51,381 bases of DNA, from contig JABMSB010000053.1 in assembly GCA_013202205.1 (NCBI GenBank), positions 67,290 to 118,670 of the forward strand. Reading direction: 5' to 3'. The notes below the pieces were generated by a model that was not told where the DNA came from, made no database searches, and saw nothing but the letters and a program-made list of their open reading frames with translations. This DNA is from Candidatus Omnitrophota bacterium (GTDB taxonomy: Bacteria; Omnitrophota; Gorgyraeia; JABMSB01). The position numbers and the translations under genes are program-made. Positions 1 to 9,180 of the stretch are shown one piece after another. The stretch's first letter is position 1. Each line of letters opens with the position of its first letter.

Positions 1-1047
1 AGGGAAAGGTTCTATGTGCTCTTGCTTTCTTTTGTTGTCATGGTGCAGGTGGGTGCGTATTTAGCAGAAAGGATAGCGCCGCCTGAGGCAGAAAAGCAAG
101 AGGTTGTAGTCCAGGAAAAAATCGAATCTCAGACTGAGCAGCCCTCAAATGATGAGGATATGAGGAACCAGCTGCAAGAGGCATTTGCCGAGAGGCCCCG
201 TCTTGCAATGGTCTTTGGGCTCTTGATGGGCATAATAGCGCTCGCTTTCCTCATGGGGCTCTGCGTCGATATATTGATGCTCTACAAATCAGAACGGTTC
301 CAGATCATGGGGAATTTTGCAGGCGTGCCTTATGTTGCCTGGTCCATCTGGGACGTAGCTAAGGTTGCGATACTCTTTCTCTTCTTTGGCCATGCGCTCA
401 TAATAGCAGAATCAGGCTTCTCCGCCATCTTTCCGTTTCTGGAGGTTGACAATGTCAGGATGATACTCAATTCGACAATCATGGATGGCCTTGCCATCTT
501 TTTCATCATCTATATAATACGAAAAGAATACGGGGAGGATTTGAGCAAACTCGGGATAAGCTTTAAGAACTTCTTTAAGAACATATTTGTGGGCGTACTC
601 AGCTATATAGCGGCTGTCCCCATTCTTATAGGGCTTCTCCTCCTGGTCATATTTGTAGTGAAGCTGACCCATTATGAACCACCGCCCCAGCCTATACTCG
701 AGCTTTTGGTTAAGGAAGAGTCCCAAAAGCTTTTCCTCTATTCAATATTCTTCGTTGCCATGATAGGCCCGATACTGGAGGAGATATTCTTCCGCGGATT
801 TATGTATACGGCAATTAAGAAACGTTTCGGTATGTGGGGGGCGCTGCTCATTACCTCATTTCTCTTCTCTGCATTACACGCGAACTGGGTCGGGTTTCTG
901 CCTATAATGGCGCTCGGTATGTTGCTTGCCTATCTTTATGAGAAGACAGGGTCTTTGAGCGCTTCCATAGCCGTCCATATTATGCATAATTTCGGTATGT
1001 CACTCTTTATCCTGTTTATCAGAGAGCTGGGCGTGAGGGGGATATAG
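1..1047 (+). CDS. CPBP family (CAAX/Abi) intramembrane metalloprotease, probably 5'-truncated
   Basis: Multi-TM protein with EEIFFRG, FSALH and H-x3-N (VHIMHN) motifs. The frame is open from base 1 (AGG GAA AGG TTC TAT GTG), so the true start probably lies upstream of the window. Confidence 0.85.
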   Translation, partial: RERFYVLLLSFVVMVQVGAYLAERIAPPEAEKQEVVVQEKIESQTEQPSNDEDMRNQLQEAFAERPRLAMVFGLLMGIIALAFLMGLCVDILMLYKSERFQIMGNFAGVPYVAWSIWDVAKVAILFLFFGHALIIAESGFSAIFPFLEVDNVRMILNSTIMDGLAIFFIIYIIRKEYGEDLSKLGISFKNFFKNIFVGVLSYIAAVPILIGLLLLVIFVVKLTHYEPPPQPILELLVKEESQKLFLYSIFFVAMIGPILEEIFFRGFMYTAIKKRFGMWGALLITSFLFSALHANWVGFLPIMALGMLLAYLYEKTGSLSASIAVHIMHNFGMSLFILFIRELGVRGI

Positions 1048-2156
1048 TGGAGGAGAGGGCTCAGGTCGCGGCTGTAAAGTGTACGGATTACTCCCAGGAG
1101 AATCTTCGTCCGGCAATGGAGAGGGCGCTCGGTTTAATAGGTTTTTTCCAGGGGCGAATCAAGCCCGGCATGAGTGTCTTGGTCAAGCCCAATCTTTTGA
1201 CCATGCGAAAACCGGAAGACGGGGTTACGACGCACCCGGAGTTTGTCCGGTGCGTGGTCAGGATTCTTAAAGAGAGAGGGCTAATCGTCAGGATAGGGGA
1301 TAGCCCGTCTGGTGATGGACGCAATATAGAGAAGATCTACCAGACAAGCGGTATCAAAAGAGTGGCCGATGAAGAAGGCGCAGAGCTCCTCAAGTTCGAC
1401 ATGGCAAAAGAGATTAAAGGCATTCCGATAGCAAAGGCGGTATTGGATGCGGACCTCTTTATCTCTTTGCCTAAATTCAAAACACACGGCATTACCATAT
1501 TGACCGCAGGGATAAAGAATGTCTTTGGCGCGGTATCCGGCCTGTCGAAATCCGAATTGCACGGCCGCTTTCCTAAATCTGAGGAGTTTGTCCATGAACT
1601 GGCAAAGATATATGGACATTGCAAGCCGCACCTTACGATACTCGACGGGATAGTCTGCATGGAGGGCGCTGGCCCGGCAAATGGTCAGTTGAGAGAGGCA
1701 AATCTTATCCTTGCCTCGGAAGATGGTGTGGCCTTGGATAGTATTCTGGCACAATCGATCGGCATCGATCCGATGAAGCTTCCTATGATAAAGGAAGCAG
1801 CCGCTATAGATGCAGGAGTAGCCGATCCTGAAAGAATAGATCTCCTTGGTGAAGAGATGGGAAATATTAAATTAAGGGGTTTTAAGTTGCCTCGTATTCA
1901 CCTTACGGATATTTTACCCCATTTCTTCTTGAGGTTGCTGCTAAAACTTGTGAAATTCAGGATAGAATTGGTTGACGACAAGTGCTGCCGGTGTAAATTG
2001 TGTGAAGGAAATTGCCCTGTTAAGGCAATAGATATAGATGGTGGGCTGAAAGTCAACAAACAAAGATGCACTCTGTGCCTATGTTGTTATGAGATATGCC
2101 CGTACGGAGCTGTAAACTTGAAAAAGAGTCTTCTCGCAAAGTTATTGTGGGGATAA
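1047..2156 (+). CDS. DUF362 domain protein with C-terminal 2x[4Fe-4S] ferredoxin domain
   Basis: VLVKPNL, TTHPE, SLPKFKTH, GIKNVFG and MEGAGP motifs. C-terminal CCRCKLCEGNCP and CTLCLCCYEICP. The GTG start overlaps the upstream TAG. Confidence 0.85.
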   Translation: MEERAQVAAVKCTDYSQENLRPAMERALGLIGFFQGRIKPGMSVLVKPNLLTMRKPEDGVTTHPEFVRCVVRILKERGLIVRIGDSPSGDGRNIEKIYQTSGIKRVADEEGAELLKFDMAKEIKGIPIAKAVLDADLFISLPKFKTHGITILTAGIKNVFGAVSGLSKSELHGRFPKSEEFVHELAKIYGHCKPHLTILDGIVCMEGAGPANGQLREANLILASEDGVALDSILAQSIGIDPMKLPMIKEAAAIDAGVADPERIDLLGEEMGNIKLRGFKLPRIHLTDILPHFFLRLLLKLVKFRIELVDDKCCRCKLCEGNCPVKAIDIDGGLKVNKQRCTLCLCCYEICPYGAVNLKKSLLAKLLWG

Positions 2157-2197
2157 GACCGGACTTGAAAACTTAATAATCCAAAAGGGGAGATGAG

Positions 2198-3247
2198 ATG
2201 CCTGTTCCGACGATAGAATGGAAGAATAGGAAAGTAAGGATAGTGGACCAGACGTTGCTTCCGGGCAAACTAAAATTTATCTACTGTTCTGATGTGAAGG
2301 CCCTTTGGCGAGCCATAAAGATTTTGCAGGTCAGGGGTGCGCCGGCTATTGGAATAGCAGCTGCCATGGGGGTAGTCTTAGGCGTACAAGATTCTAAGGC
2401 AAAGAATTTTTCCTCATTTAAAAGAGACCTGAACAAGGTTATCAAATATCTCGCCACATCACGCCCTACTGCCGTCAACCTATTCTGGGGGCTTGAGAGG
2501 ATGCGAAGGAAGGCTTATAAGAATAAGAGACTCTCTATCACCCGGCTTAAGAAGGCCCTTTTGTCGGAGGCGCTCGATATCCTTAAAGAGGACAAAGTAC
2601 GGTGTAGGCGAATGGGAGCCTATGGCGCAAGATTAGTAAGGAAGGGCGACAGGATACTTACCCATTGCAATGCAGGCGGCCTTGCGACTGCCGATTATGG
2701 TACTGCGCTGGGGGTGCTCTTTCGCGCGCATAAAGAGGGCAAGCGCATAAAGGTATATGCAGATGAGACACGCCCTCTCTTGCAGGGTGCGCGTTTGACA
2801 GCATGGGAGCTTAAGAACGCAGGAATAGACGTAACGCTGCTTTGCGATGACATGGCCGCATCCTTGATGAATACCAGAGGGGTAGATAAGGTGATAGTCG
2901 GCGCTGACAGGATAGCGGCAAACGGAGATGCGGCAAATAAGATAGGTACATATTCTTTAGCCGTATTGGCCAGATACCACAGGATACCGTTTTATGTAGT
3001 TGCCCCTTCCTCGACATTCGATTTTGATCTACGCAGCGGGAAAGAGATACCGATAGAGGAGCGTGGCAGTGAAGAGGTTACGCAATTCGCCGGGGTTCGT
3101 ACTGCACCCAAAGGCGTCAAGACTTATTGTCCGGCATTCGACGTAACTCCCGCAGAGTTGATCACCGCCATCATAACCGAAGAAGGCATATTCAGAAAAC
3201 CATTTACGAAAACCTTAAAGAAATTAAAGAAGGTTGTGTCTTGTTGA
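2198..3247 (+). CDS. mtnA: S-methyl-5-thioribose-1-phosphate isomerase
   Basis: DQTLLP, VRGAPAIG, RPTAVNL, THCNAGGLATADYGTALG, ETRPLLQGARLTAWEL, ANKIGTY and PAFDVTP motifs. GGGGAG RBS. Confidence 0.93.
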   Translation: MPVPTIEWKNRKVRIVDQTLLPGKLKFIYCSDVKALWRAIKILQVRGAPAIGIAAAMGVVLGVQDSKAKNFSSFKRDLNKVIKYLATSRPTAVNLFWGLERMRRKAYKNKRLSITRLKKALLSEALDILKEDKVRCRRMGAYGARLVRKGDRILTHCNAGGLATADYGTALGVLFRAHKEGKRIKVYADETRPLLQGARLTAWELKNAGIDVTLLCDDMAASLMNTRGVDKVIVGADRIAANGDAANKIGTYSLAVLARYHRIPFYVVAPSSTFDFDLRSGKEIPIEERGSEEVTQFAGVRTAPKGVKTYCPAFDVTPAELITAIITEEGIFRKPFTKTLKKLKKVVSC

Positions 3248-4167
3248 GCAAGGGTACATCAAAGAGAAGCGGCGAGGAGAAGCTGATCGCCGATATTTCT
3301 AAAATTGTCGGTCAACAGGGCCGGGATGTCATCTCGGGCATAGGCGACGATTGCGCTGTTATAAGATATAGGCCCGGAAGGTATCTCCTCCTGGCCCAGG
3401 ATATGTTAATAGACGGTGTCCACTTCGAGTTGTCTGAGGTGACGCCGCAGGAGATCGGCCACAAGGCCCTCGCGGTAAATTTGAGCGATATAGCTGCCAT
3501 GGCCGGCACACCTAAATATGCGCTTGTCTCCCTTGGCCTGCCAAAAAGGGTGTCGAGATCTTTTGTGATCAATCTATATAAAGGCATGAGACGCCTTGGC
3601 TGCCGTTTCGGTGTAGAGATAGTAGGCGGGGATACTAATAGGTCAAAGGCATTGGTTGTGGACGTGACAATCGTAGGGGAGGTACGCCAAGATAACCTGG
3701 TTCTCCGTCGGGGTGCTAAGCCGGGAGATGCTATATATGTTACGGGCACACTTGGTGGTTCCGGCGGGGGTAAGCACTTGAATTTTATTCCCCGCATAAA
3801 TGAAGCGCAGACCTTAAAGAGGTTCGTGGACCTCCATTCGATGATAGACATATCCGATGGCGTGGCAAAGGATTTAGTCCATCTGATAAGAGGAGAGAAC
3901 CTCGGCGCAATTATCGAAGAGGATAAGATCCCGATATCCAAAGGATGCAACAGTATCGAGAAAGCCCTTACAGAGGGAGAGGATTTCGAACTCCTCTTTA
4001 CCGTATCCAAGTCGGATTCAGGCCGATTAGAAAAGAAGAGCAGGCGGCTCTTATCCATACCCGTGACAAGGATAGGGGAGATCGTAAAGCGCCCCGCATC
4101 GATAAGGATACGAAGAAAAAACGGGAACATAAGAAGCTTGAAACAAAAAGGATTTTCACATTTTTAA
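3241..4167 (+). CDS. thiL: Thiamine-monophosphate kinase
   Basis: GIGDDCA, AVNLSDIAAM, GGDTN, IDISDG and GEDFELLFT motifs. Start reassigned to TTG at 3241 (or 3244), overlapping the mtnA stop, instead of the track's 3127. Confidence 0.92.
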   Translation: MLSKGTSKRSGEEKLIADISKIVGQQGRDVISGIGDDCAVIRYRPGRYLLLAQDMLIDGVHFELSEVTPQEIGHKALAVNLSDIAAMAGTPKYALVSLGLPKRVSRSFVINLYKGMRRLGCRFGVEIVGGDTNRSKALVVDVTIVGEVRQDNLVLRRGAKPGDAIYVTGTLGGSGGGKHLNFIPRINEAQTLKRFVDLHSMIDISDGVAKDLVHLIRGENLGAIIEEDKIPISKGCNSIEKALTEGEDFELLFTVSKSDSGRLEKKSRRLLSIPVTRIGEIVKRPASIRIRRKNGNIRSLKQKGFSHF

Positions 4168-4171
4168 ATAG

Positions 4172-4627
4172 ATGAAGATAATCAAGACGAAGAGTCCGGC
4201 CGAAACGATCGCGTTGGGCAAGAGGATAGGAAGATTGGCGGGCCCCGGAGATGTTATAGCCCTAATCGGCGATCTTGGAAGCGGCAAGACTACGATAACG
4301 AAAGGCCTGGCCTCCGGCGCGGGTGTTGAGAATAAAAATTCCGTATTGAGCCCTTCGTTTGTATTGATCAAGGAGTACCATGGCAGGATGCCCGTATACC
4401 ACATGGATATCTATAGGCTTGACGAGAGAAGCGCGATAGATTCCCTTGGGTATGAAGAGTATATATACGGGAATGGCCTTGCGATAATCGAATGGGCGGA
4501 TAAGGTAAAGGATATATTGCCGCCCGCTTTTTTGAAGGTCGAACTCGAGGTAGCCGGTAAAGATAAGCGCATAATAAAATTAGTCCCTCACGGTGAGCGT
4601 TTTAAAAAAATAGTAAATCATCTATAA
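4172..4627 (+). CDS. tsaE: tRNA t6A biosynthesis ATPase
   Basis: GDLGSGKTT Walker A; SPSF, YHMDIYRL and IIEWAD motifs. Confidence 0.93.
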   Translation: MKIIKTKSPAETIALGKRIGRLAGPGDVIALIGDLGSGKTTITKGLASGAGVENKNSVLSPSFVLIKEYHGRMPVYHMDIYRLDERSAIDSLGYEEYIYGNGLAIIEWADKVKDILPPAFLKVELEVAGKDKRIIKLVPHGERFKKIVNHL

Positions 4628-4644
4628 GGTCGATCTGTTATAAT

Positions 4645-5340
4645 ATGAGAGTATTAGGTATAGAGACATCGAACCCGATTTTGAGCGCCGCATTGCTCGA
4701 CGGCAATGAGATCATAGCAGAGCGGGCTGAGGAGACCGGCATGAAGCACTCCTCGCATCTTGTTCCCATGATAGATGAGATCTTAAAGAAGTGCGATCTC
4801 AGCTTAAATGAGATAGACGGGATAGCCGTCAGTAATGGCCCGGGTTCTTTCACAGGCCTCAGGGTGGGGGTTACGACCGCAAAGGCACTGGCTATAGCCG
4901 TCAATAAACCCCTGGTGGCCGTCTCAAGCTTGATCGTGTTGGCAGAGAGCGTATCCTGTGTCGATGAAAAGATCTGCACGCTCATCGATGCGAAAAGGAA
5001 TCGTGTATATATAGCCCTATTTGTATGGGAGCGAAATAAACTTAAGAGATTGGTGAAAGACTCTCTTATGTTGATAGACGATATCCATAAAATAAAGGAG
5101 CTCTCGGGAAAGGTCTTATTTATCGGGGATGGCGCAGGCCTTTACAAGGACAAGATACAAGATTGCGCTAAGGTAAAAGTTTTATTCCCGGAAAAGTTAC
5201 TAAACTATCCGCAAGCCGGCTTTGTGGCAAAGCTGGGCCTTGCGGCATTAAAAAAGGGTAAGCATAGTGATCCATATAAACTTACCCCAACCTATCTATA
5301 TCCTAAAACATGCAGCATAAAGAAGAGACAAAAAAAATAG
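4645..5340 (+). CDS. tsaB: tRNA t6A biosynthesis protein
   Basis: LGIETS, HS, GPGSFTGLRVG, DAKR and PTYL motifs; adjacent to tsaE. Confidence 0.93.
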   Translation: MRVLGIETSNPILSAALLDGNEIIAERAEETGMKHSSHLVPMIDEILKKCDLSLNEIDGIAVSNGPGSFTGLRVGVTTAKALAIAVNKPLVAVSSLIVLAESVSCVDEKICTLIDAKRNRVYIALFVWERNKLKRLVKDSLMLIDDIHKIKELSGKVLFIGDGAGLYKDKIQDCAKVKVLFPEKLLNYPQAGFVAKLGLAALKKGKHSDPYKLTPTYLYPKTCSIKKRQKK

Positions 5341-5384
5341 GCGCGATCCATTCACCGGCTTACCGCAAAAAGGATGTGGGTGAC

Positions 5385-6536
5385 ATGGGGATAGGTCTCT
5401 TCCGTCCTACCTGGGCCGAAGTCGATCTCGATGCCATAAGGCACAACCTCCGTACCGTCAGGTCGCTTGTGCGTCCCGACACCAAGGTCCTCGTAGTCGT
5501 TAAAGCAAATGCATATGGCCACGGGTTGGTCGACATATCACAGACAGCATCAGAAGGTGGGGCTGATTACCTCGGTGTCGCTACGATCGAAGAAGGCCTT
5601 ACGCTGAGAAGGTCGGGCGTAAAGACCCCCATACTCCTTCTCGGGTCGGCTACTACCAAACAAGGGGCATTAGACGCCGCTTTAGAAAATTCTATAACAT
5701 TAACGGTATATACCATCGATCTCGCAACCGCGCTTAATCGACGGGCAGAGGCGCTGGGGCTCCATCATGTGCCATTTCACATCAAAGTCGATACAGGGAT
5801 GGGCAGGATAGGTTTAGCCTGGCGCAATACCATCAAATTTGTAAATACGGTTCGGAATTTCGGGCGCCTCAAGATAGAAGGGATATATACGCATTTTCCT
5901 TCAGCGGATAATGACGAGAGCGCAGATTTTACCAATAAGCAGATAGAGATCTTCGATTCGCTCCTTAAAGAATTAGAAGAGATGGGAATAAATATCCCTT
6001 ATCGGCATGCAGCGAATAGTATCGGATTGGTAGATTTTAAGGAGAGCCACCTCTCCATGGTGAGGCCCGGCATATTAATATATGGCATAGTGCCCAAGAA
6101 GGGGCTCCATAAAAGGATATATGTGAAACCCGCAATGAGCCTTAAGACGCGCATAGTCTATCTAAAACATGTTGACGCAGGTACAAGCATTAGCTACGGC
6201 CGTACTTATACGACCAAGAAGGCTACGCGCATAGCCACTATACCAATAGGTTACGGCGATGGATATACGAGGTCTTTGTCGAACAAGGCCCATGTATTGA
6301 TACGCGGACGCCTCTTACCCCTTGTAGGCCGCGTAACCATGGATCAGTGCATGATAGATGTAGGTGGCTTAGATGAAGTCAAGGTAGGAGATGAGGTAGT
6401 ATTGATCGGCAGCCAAAAGGGAGGAGTAATAACCGCAGAAGAGATTGCAGAGTTGGCAAACACCATACCGTACGAGATAGTATGCTCCTTAAACAATAGA
6501 ATCCCCCGCATATACAAACATATATCTCCAAAATAA
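5385..6536 (+). CDS. alr: Alanine racemase
   Basis: VVKANAYGHG (PLP lysine), KVDTGMGRIG, HAANS, VRPG, GYGDG and GRVTMDQ motifs. The in-frame ATG at 5385, just before RPTWAEVDL, is the likelier start than 5310. Confidence 0.95.
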   Translation: MGIGLFRPTWAEVDLDAIRHNLRTVRSLVRPDTKVLVVVKANAYGHGLVDISQTASEGGADYLGVATIEEGLTLRRSGVKTPILLLGSATTKQGALDAALENSITLTVYTIDLATALNRRAEALGLHHVPFHIKVDTGMGRIGLAWRNTIKFVNTVRNFGRLKIEGIYTHFPSADNDESADFTNKQIEIFDSLLKELEEMGINIPYRHAANSIGLVDFKESHLSMVRPGILIYGIVPKKGLHKRIYVKPAMSLKTRIVYLKHVDAGTSISYGRTYTTKKATRIATIPIGYGDGYTRSLSNKAHVLIRGRLLPLVGRVTMDQCMIDVGGLDEVKVGDEVVLIGSQKGGVITAEEIAELANTIPYEIVCSLNNRIPRIYKHISPK

Positions 6537-6624
6537 TTTTCCTAATTCGCTCACAAGCCCTTCTTTTTGGTTTCGTCTGTTAATTATCCCCTCAAATATA
6601 ATACGGACTATTTTCAGAAAAGAG

Positions 6625-6654
6625 TTGACAGAATATTATCAAATAGTATATACT
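6625..6654 (+). promoter_or_regulatory. Sigma70-type promoter of the MerR-like gene and pil operon
   Basis: TTGACA (6625-6630), 18-nt spacer, TATACT (6649-6654). Confidence 0.65.
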
Positions 6655-6676
6655 TATATCAAATACTATCAAGTAT
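6637..6676 (+). repeat. 10-bp-period direct repeats (TATCAARTA) overlapping the promoter; candidate operator
   Basis: TATCAAATAG (6637), TATATACTTA (6647, degenerate), TATCAAATAC (6657), TATCAAGTAT (6667). Confidence 0.7.
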
Positions 6677-6705
6677 ACGAAAGGCCTATTAAGGAGGGCT
6701 TCAGA

Positions 6706-6891
6706 GTGATACAGGAGAAATATTATACAGCGCGCGGAGCGGCCCAGGCCCTTGGCATATCTAAGCAGACTTTAGTTAGATATGAAGCCAAGGGTTTTTT
6801 TCCAAAGGCTAAGCGCAATACTCTGAACAGGTGGAGAGAGTATACGGCCAAGGATATAGAGCGCCTCAGAAAGATGATGGGAAGGGGCTAA
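6706..6891 (+). CDS. Small stand-alone MerR-family HTH DNA-binding protein (61 aa, BldC/Xis-like size)
   Basis: YTARGAAQALGISKQTLVRYEAKG...RNTLNRWREYTAKDIERLR matches the MerR winged HTH with no effector domain. AAGGAGG RBS before GTG at 6706. The track's start at 6625 is the TTG of the -35 box. Confidence 0.85.
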   Translation: MIQEKYYTARGAAQALGISKQTLVRYEAKGFFPKAKRNTLNRWREYTAKDIERLRKMMGRG

Positions 6892-6953
6892 GAGAAGGGG
6901 AGTAGAAGTCGAAAGAGAGTAGGACTTTTACCCCCGGCTTAAGGACGCGGTCT

Positions 6954-8513
6954 ATGAAGATATTCGGTAAATCGATAGGGTTGTATGTTGGAAAGGAAGC
7001 GGTGGCGATGGCCGTTGTCAAAGCCCAATTTGTCAAGAGCCAGCTAACCAGAGTGAAGACAATAGACTTGTCACCCGAGGTTATAGAAAAGGGGACAGCG
7101 CCGGCGGATACGGCCGCTATATTTGATAACTTTTTTAAGAAAGAGAAGATCAATGCTCCATCAATCACCCTATCGATCACATCTGATAAGTTGATGGTTC
7201 GGTATTTCCAGATACCGAATATCCCAAAAGATGAGAGGCCAAGTGCCATAAGTTTTGAGGCAAAGCGCTATGTACCGTTCGACCCTAAGGAGGTATACAG
7301 TACCTTTAAAATTGTTGGAGAGAAGAAGGGTGACAACAAACTGGATGTCCTATTCTGTGCGGCGCAGAAAGAATTTATAGATAGCTACCTTAGCGCTTAT
7401 AAGGAAAAGAAGCTGCGCATCACATCCATCGAGCCATCCGTCTTTAGCCTCGTGCGCCTCCTCTTATCGTTGAAGGCGATATCGGCTGAGAATGTTGTCG
7501 TAATCGTTGAGATAGCGAAGAAAGAAGCCCAGATCCATATAGTAAAGGGAGAGATAGTATATATATCACGCGTCGTTCCATTGGAAGAGGCGCTGCCACC
7601 TCAGGAATCTGTCCAGCCTCAAGAAACGGCAGCTACTGACACGCAAGGAGAAGTCCTTCCCGGGCAATTTGATGCGCTTGCAGATGAATTGAACCTTTCG
7701 ATCAGATATTTGAAGAAAGAATACCCAAGCGTAAATGTAGAGAAGATGCTTATTACAGGGGAGGAGCATCTGGTCGAAATTAAAGAAGCGCTTGCCAAGG
7801 TTTTTGAGATTCCCATCGAGATATTAGATATCACAAAGATATCCAAAGATATAAGAGACTCAAGTCACATCTTTGCCTTTGGTGCGGCATCCCGACAGAT
7901 GGGAAAATGGAAGACCGCTGCAGAGATAAACATGCTCCCCGGCGCAGGTAAACAATCCGCCCTGCCATTTAAGGTTAAGAAGGGTGAAGAGTACAGGATC
8001 GTTGCGGCGATAGGCCTTCCGATCGCACTGCTCATCGTTGGGATGGTTCACGCAAAGACAGCCGGTGAATTAAAAACACTTAAGAGGCAGATGCCCACAC
8101 AAGATCAGATAATCTCAGAGGGGCTTGCCGACATCATGAATATGCCCCTCGAGAGCCTAACCGCAGAGAAGAAGAAGCTGGAGGCCCAGAAAGCAGCATA
8201 CCAATCGGCCCTGGAGATACTTAAGATCTCCTTTGCCTCTAAGCTTAAAAGTTTCGCGGATAATACGCCGCATGGTATCTGGCTTACCAGCTTTTCATTC
8301 AGCATAGACAAAGGCGGTTCTTTGACCATGAATATAAGGGGTGCAGCCTATTCCGAGGACCAGGACGAATTGAGCCTGATAAGCACATTTACTAATGATT
8401 TGAAGAAGGACCCGAACTTCATCGCCGGTTTTAAGAGCATGGAGTTGGGTACTATCGATAAAGAGACGATAAGCGATACGACTATAACGCGTTTTAATGT
8501 TACATTTAAATGA
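6954..8513 (+). CDS. pilM: Type IV pilus PilM-PilN fusion protein
   Basis: N-terminal PilM-like domain (AISFEAKRYVPF, VLFCAA, LITG), an internal PilN motif (INMLP), one TM helix, a coiled coil, then a PilN core (PHGIWLTSFS...IRGAA...FTNDLK...F). Confidence 0.75.
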   Translation: MKIFGKSIGLYVGKEAVAMAVVKAQFVKSQLTRVKTIDLSPEVIEKGTAPADTAAIFDNFFKKEKINAPSITLSITSDKLMVRYFQIPNIPKDERPSAISFEAKRYVPFDPKEVYSTFKIVGEKKGDNKLDVLFCAAQKEFIDSYLSAYKEKKLRITSIEPSVFSLVRLLLSLKAISAENVVVIVEIAKKEAQIHIVKGEIVYISRVVPLEEALPPQESVQPQETAATDTQGEVLPGQFDALADELNLSIRYLKKEYPSVNVEKMLITGEEHLVEIKEALAKVFEIPIEILDITKISKDIRDSSHIFAFGAASRQMGKWKTAAEINMLPGAGKQSALPFKVKKGEEYRIVAAIGLPIALLIVGMVHAKTAGELKTLKRQMPTQDQIISEGLADIMNMPLESLTAEKKKLEAQKAAYQSALEILKISFASKLKSFADNTPHGIWLTSFSFSIDKGGSLTMNIRGAAYSEDQDELSLISTFTNDLKKDPNFIAGFKSMELGTIDKETISDTTITRFNVTFK

Positions 8514-8551
8514 TGACCTAAGGGTTTTTATCTTTAAACAAAGGGTTGCGG

Positions 8552-9163
8552 ATGGGTATGAAATTTGATATAGATACGATCAAGAAGAATCAAAACCTGA
8601 TAGCGGCCGTGCTCTGTGTAGTCATAGTCCCCATTATTATATGTACAAAGTTTATAATAACGCCGCGCACCGCAGAGATGAAAAAGATTCGGGCGGAAAC
8701 AGATGAATTTGCCCAGAAGAAGGTTGTAAAGAAGGGTATTGATGCGCTGGAGAAGGAGATAAATACTTATAAGGAATCGGTAATGGTAGGCGCAGACGCA
8801 CCATGGTTTTTGAGGAGTGTTATCGATGTGGCAGAGGATGCAGGTATTACTCCACTATCCGTAACCCCGCGCGAAACCGATTCAGGGGAGGGGCTTATCA
8901 AGCTATCCGCGACTATAAGCCTCGAATGCACCTATGAAGACCTGCTGCGATTTGTAAGTAATTTGGAAGGAACCGGCAACAATTTTATTATCAGCACATT
9001 GAATATAACCGGCATTGCCGGCAGGGTACCGATCCCCGGAGCTATTCCCCCTGAAGAGACTATAGAGGTATCGGATGAGGTAGAAGCAGAGAAGGATGAG
9101 GAGGAAGGACCGATACTACTAAGATTGAATGTCGAAGTATCGACCTACACGTTCAGGGGATAG
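8552..9163 (+). CDS. pilO: Type IV pilus PilO-like protein
   Basis: N-terminal TM helix, coiled coil, and LECTYEDLLRFVSNLE (PilO/GspM motif); follows pilMN. Start is uncertain (8546, 8552 or 8558). Confidence 0.75.
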   Translation: MGMKFDIDTIKKNQNLIAAVLCVVIVPIIICTKFIITPRTAEMKKIRAETDEFAQKKVVKKGIDALEKEINTYKESVMVGADAPWFLRSVIDVAEDAGITPLSVTPRETDSGEGLIKLSATISLECTYEDLLRFVSNLEGTGNNFIISTLNITGIAGRVPIPGAIPPEETIEVSDEVEAEKDEEEGPILLRLNVEVSTYTFRG

Positions 9164-9180
9164 AAAAGACAGGACACGTT

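Noticed and set aside
6625-6705. N-terminal extension of the MerR-like ORF given by the track
   Set aside because: The TTG is part of the -35 box and this stretch is promoter/operator DNA. A strong RBS supports GTG at 6706.
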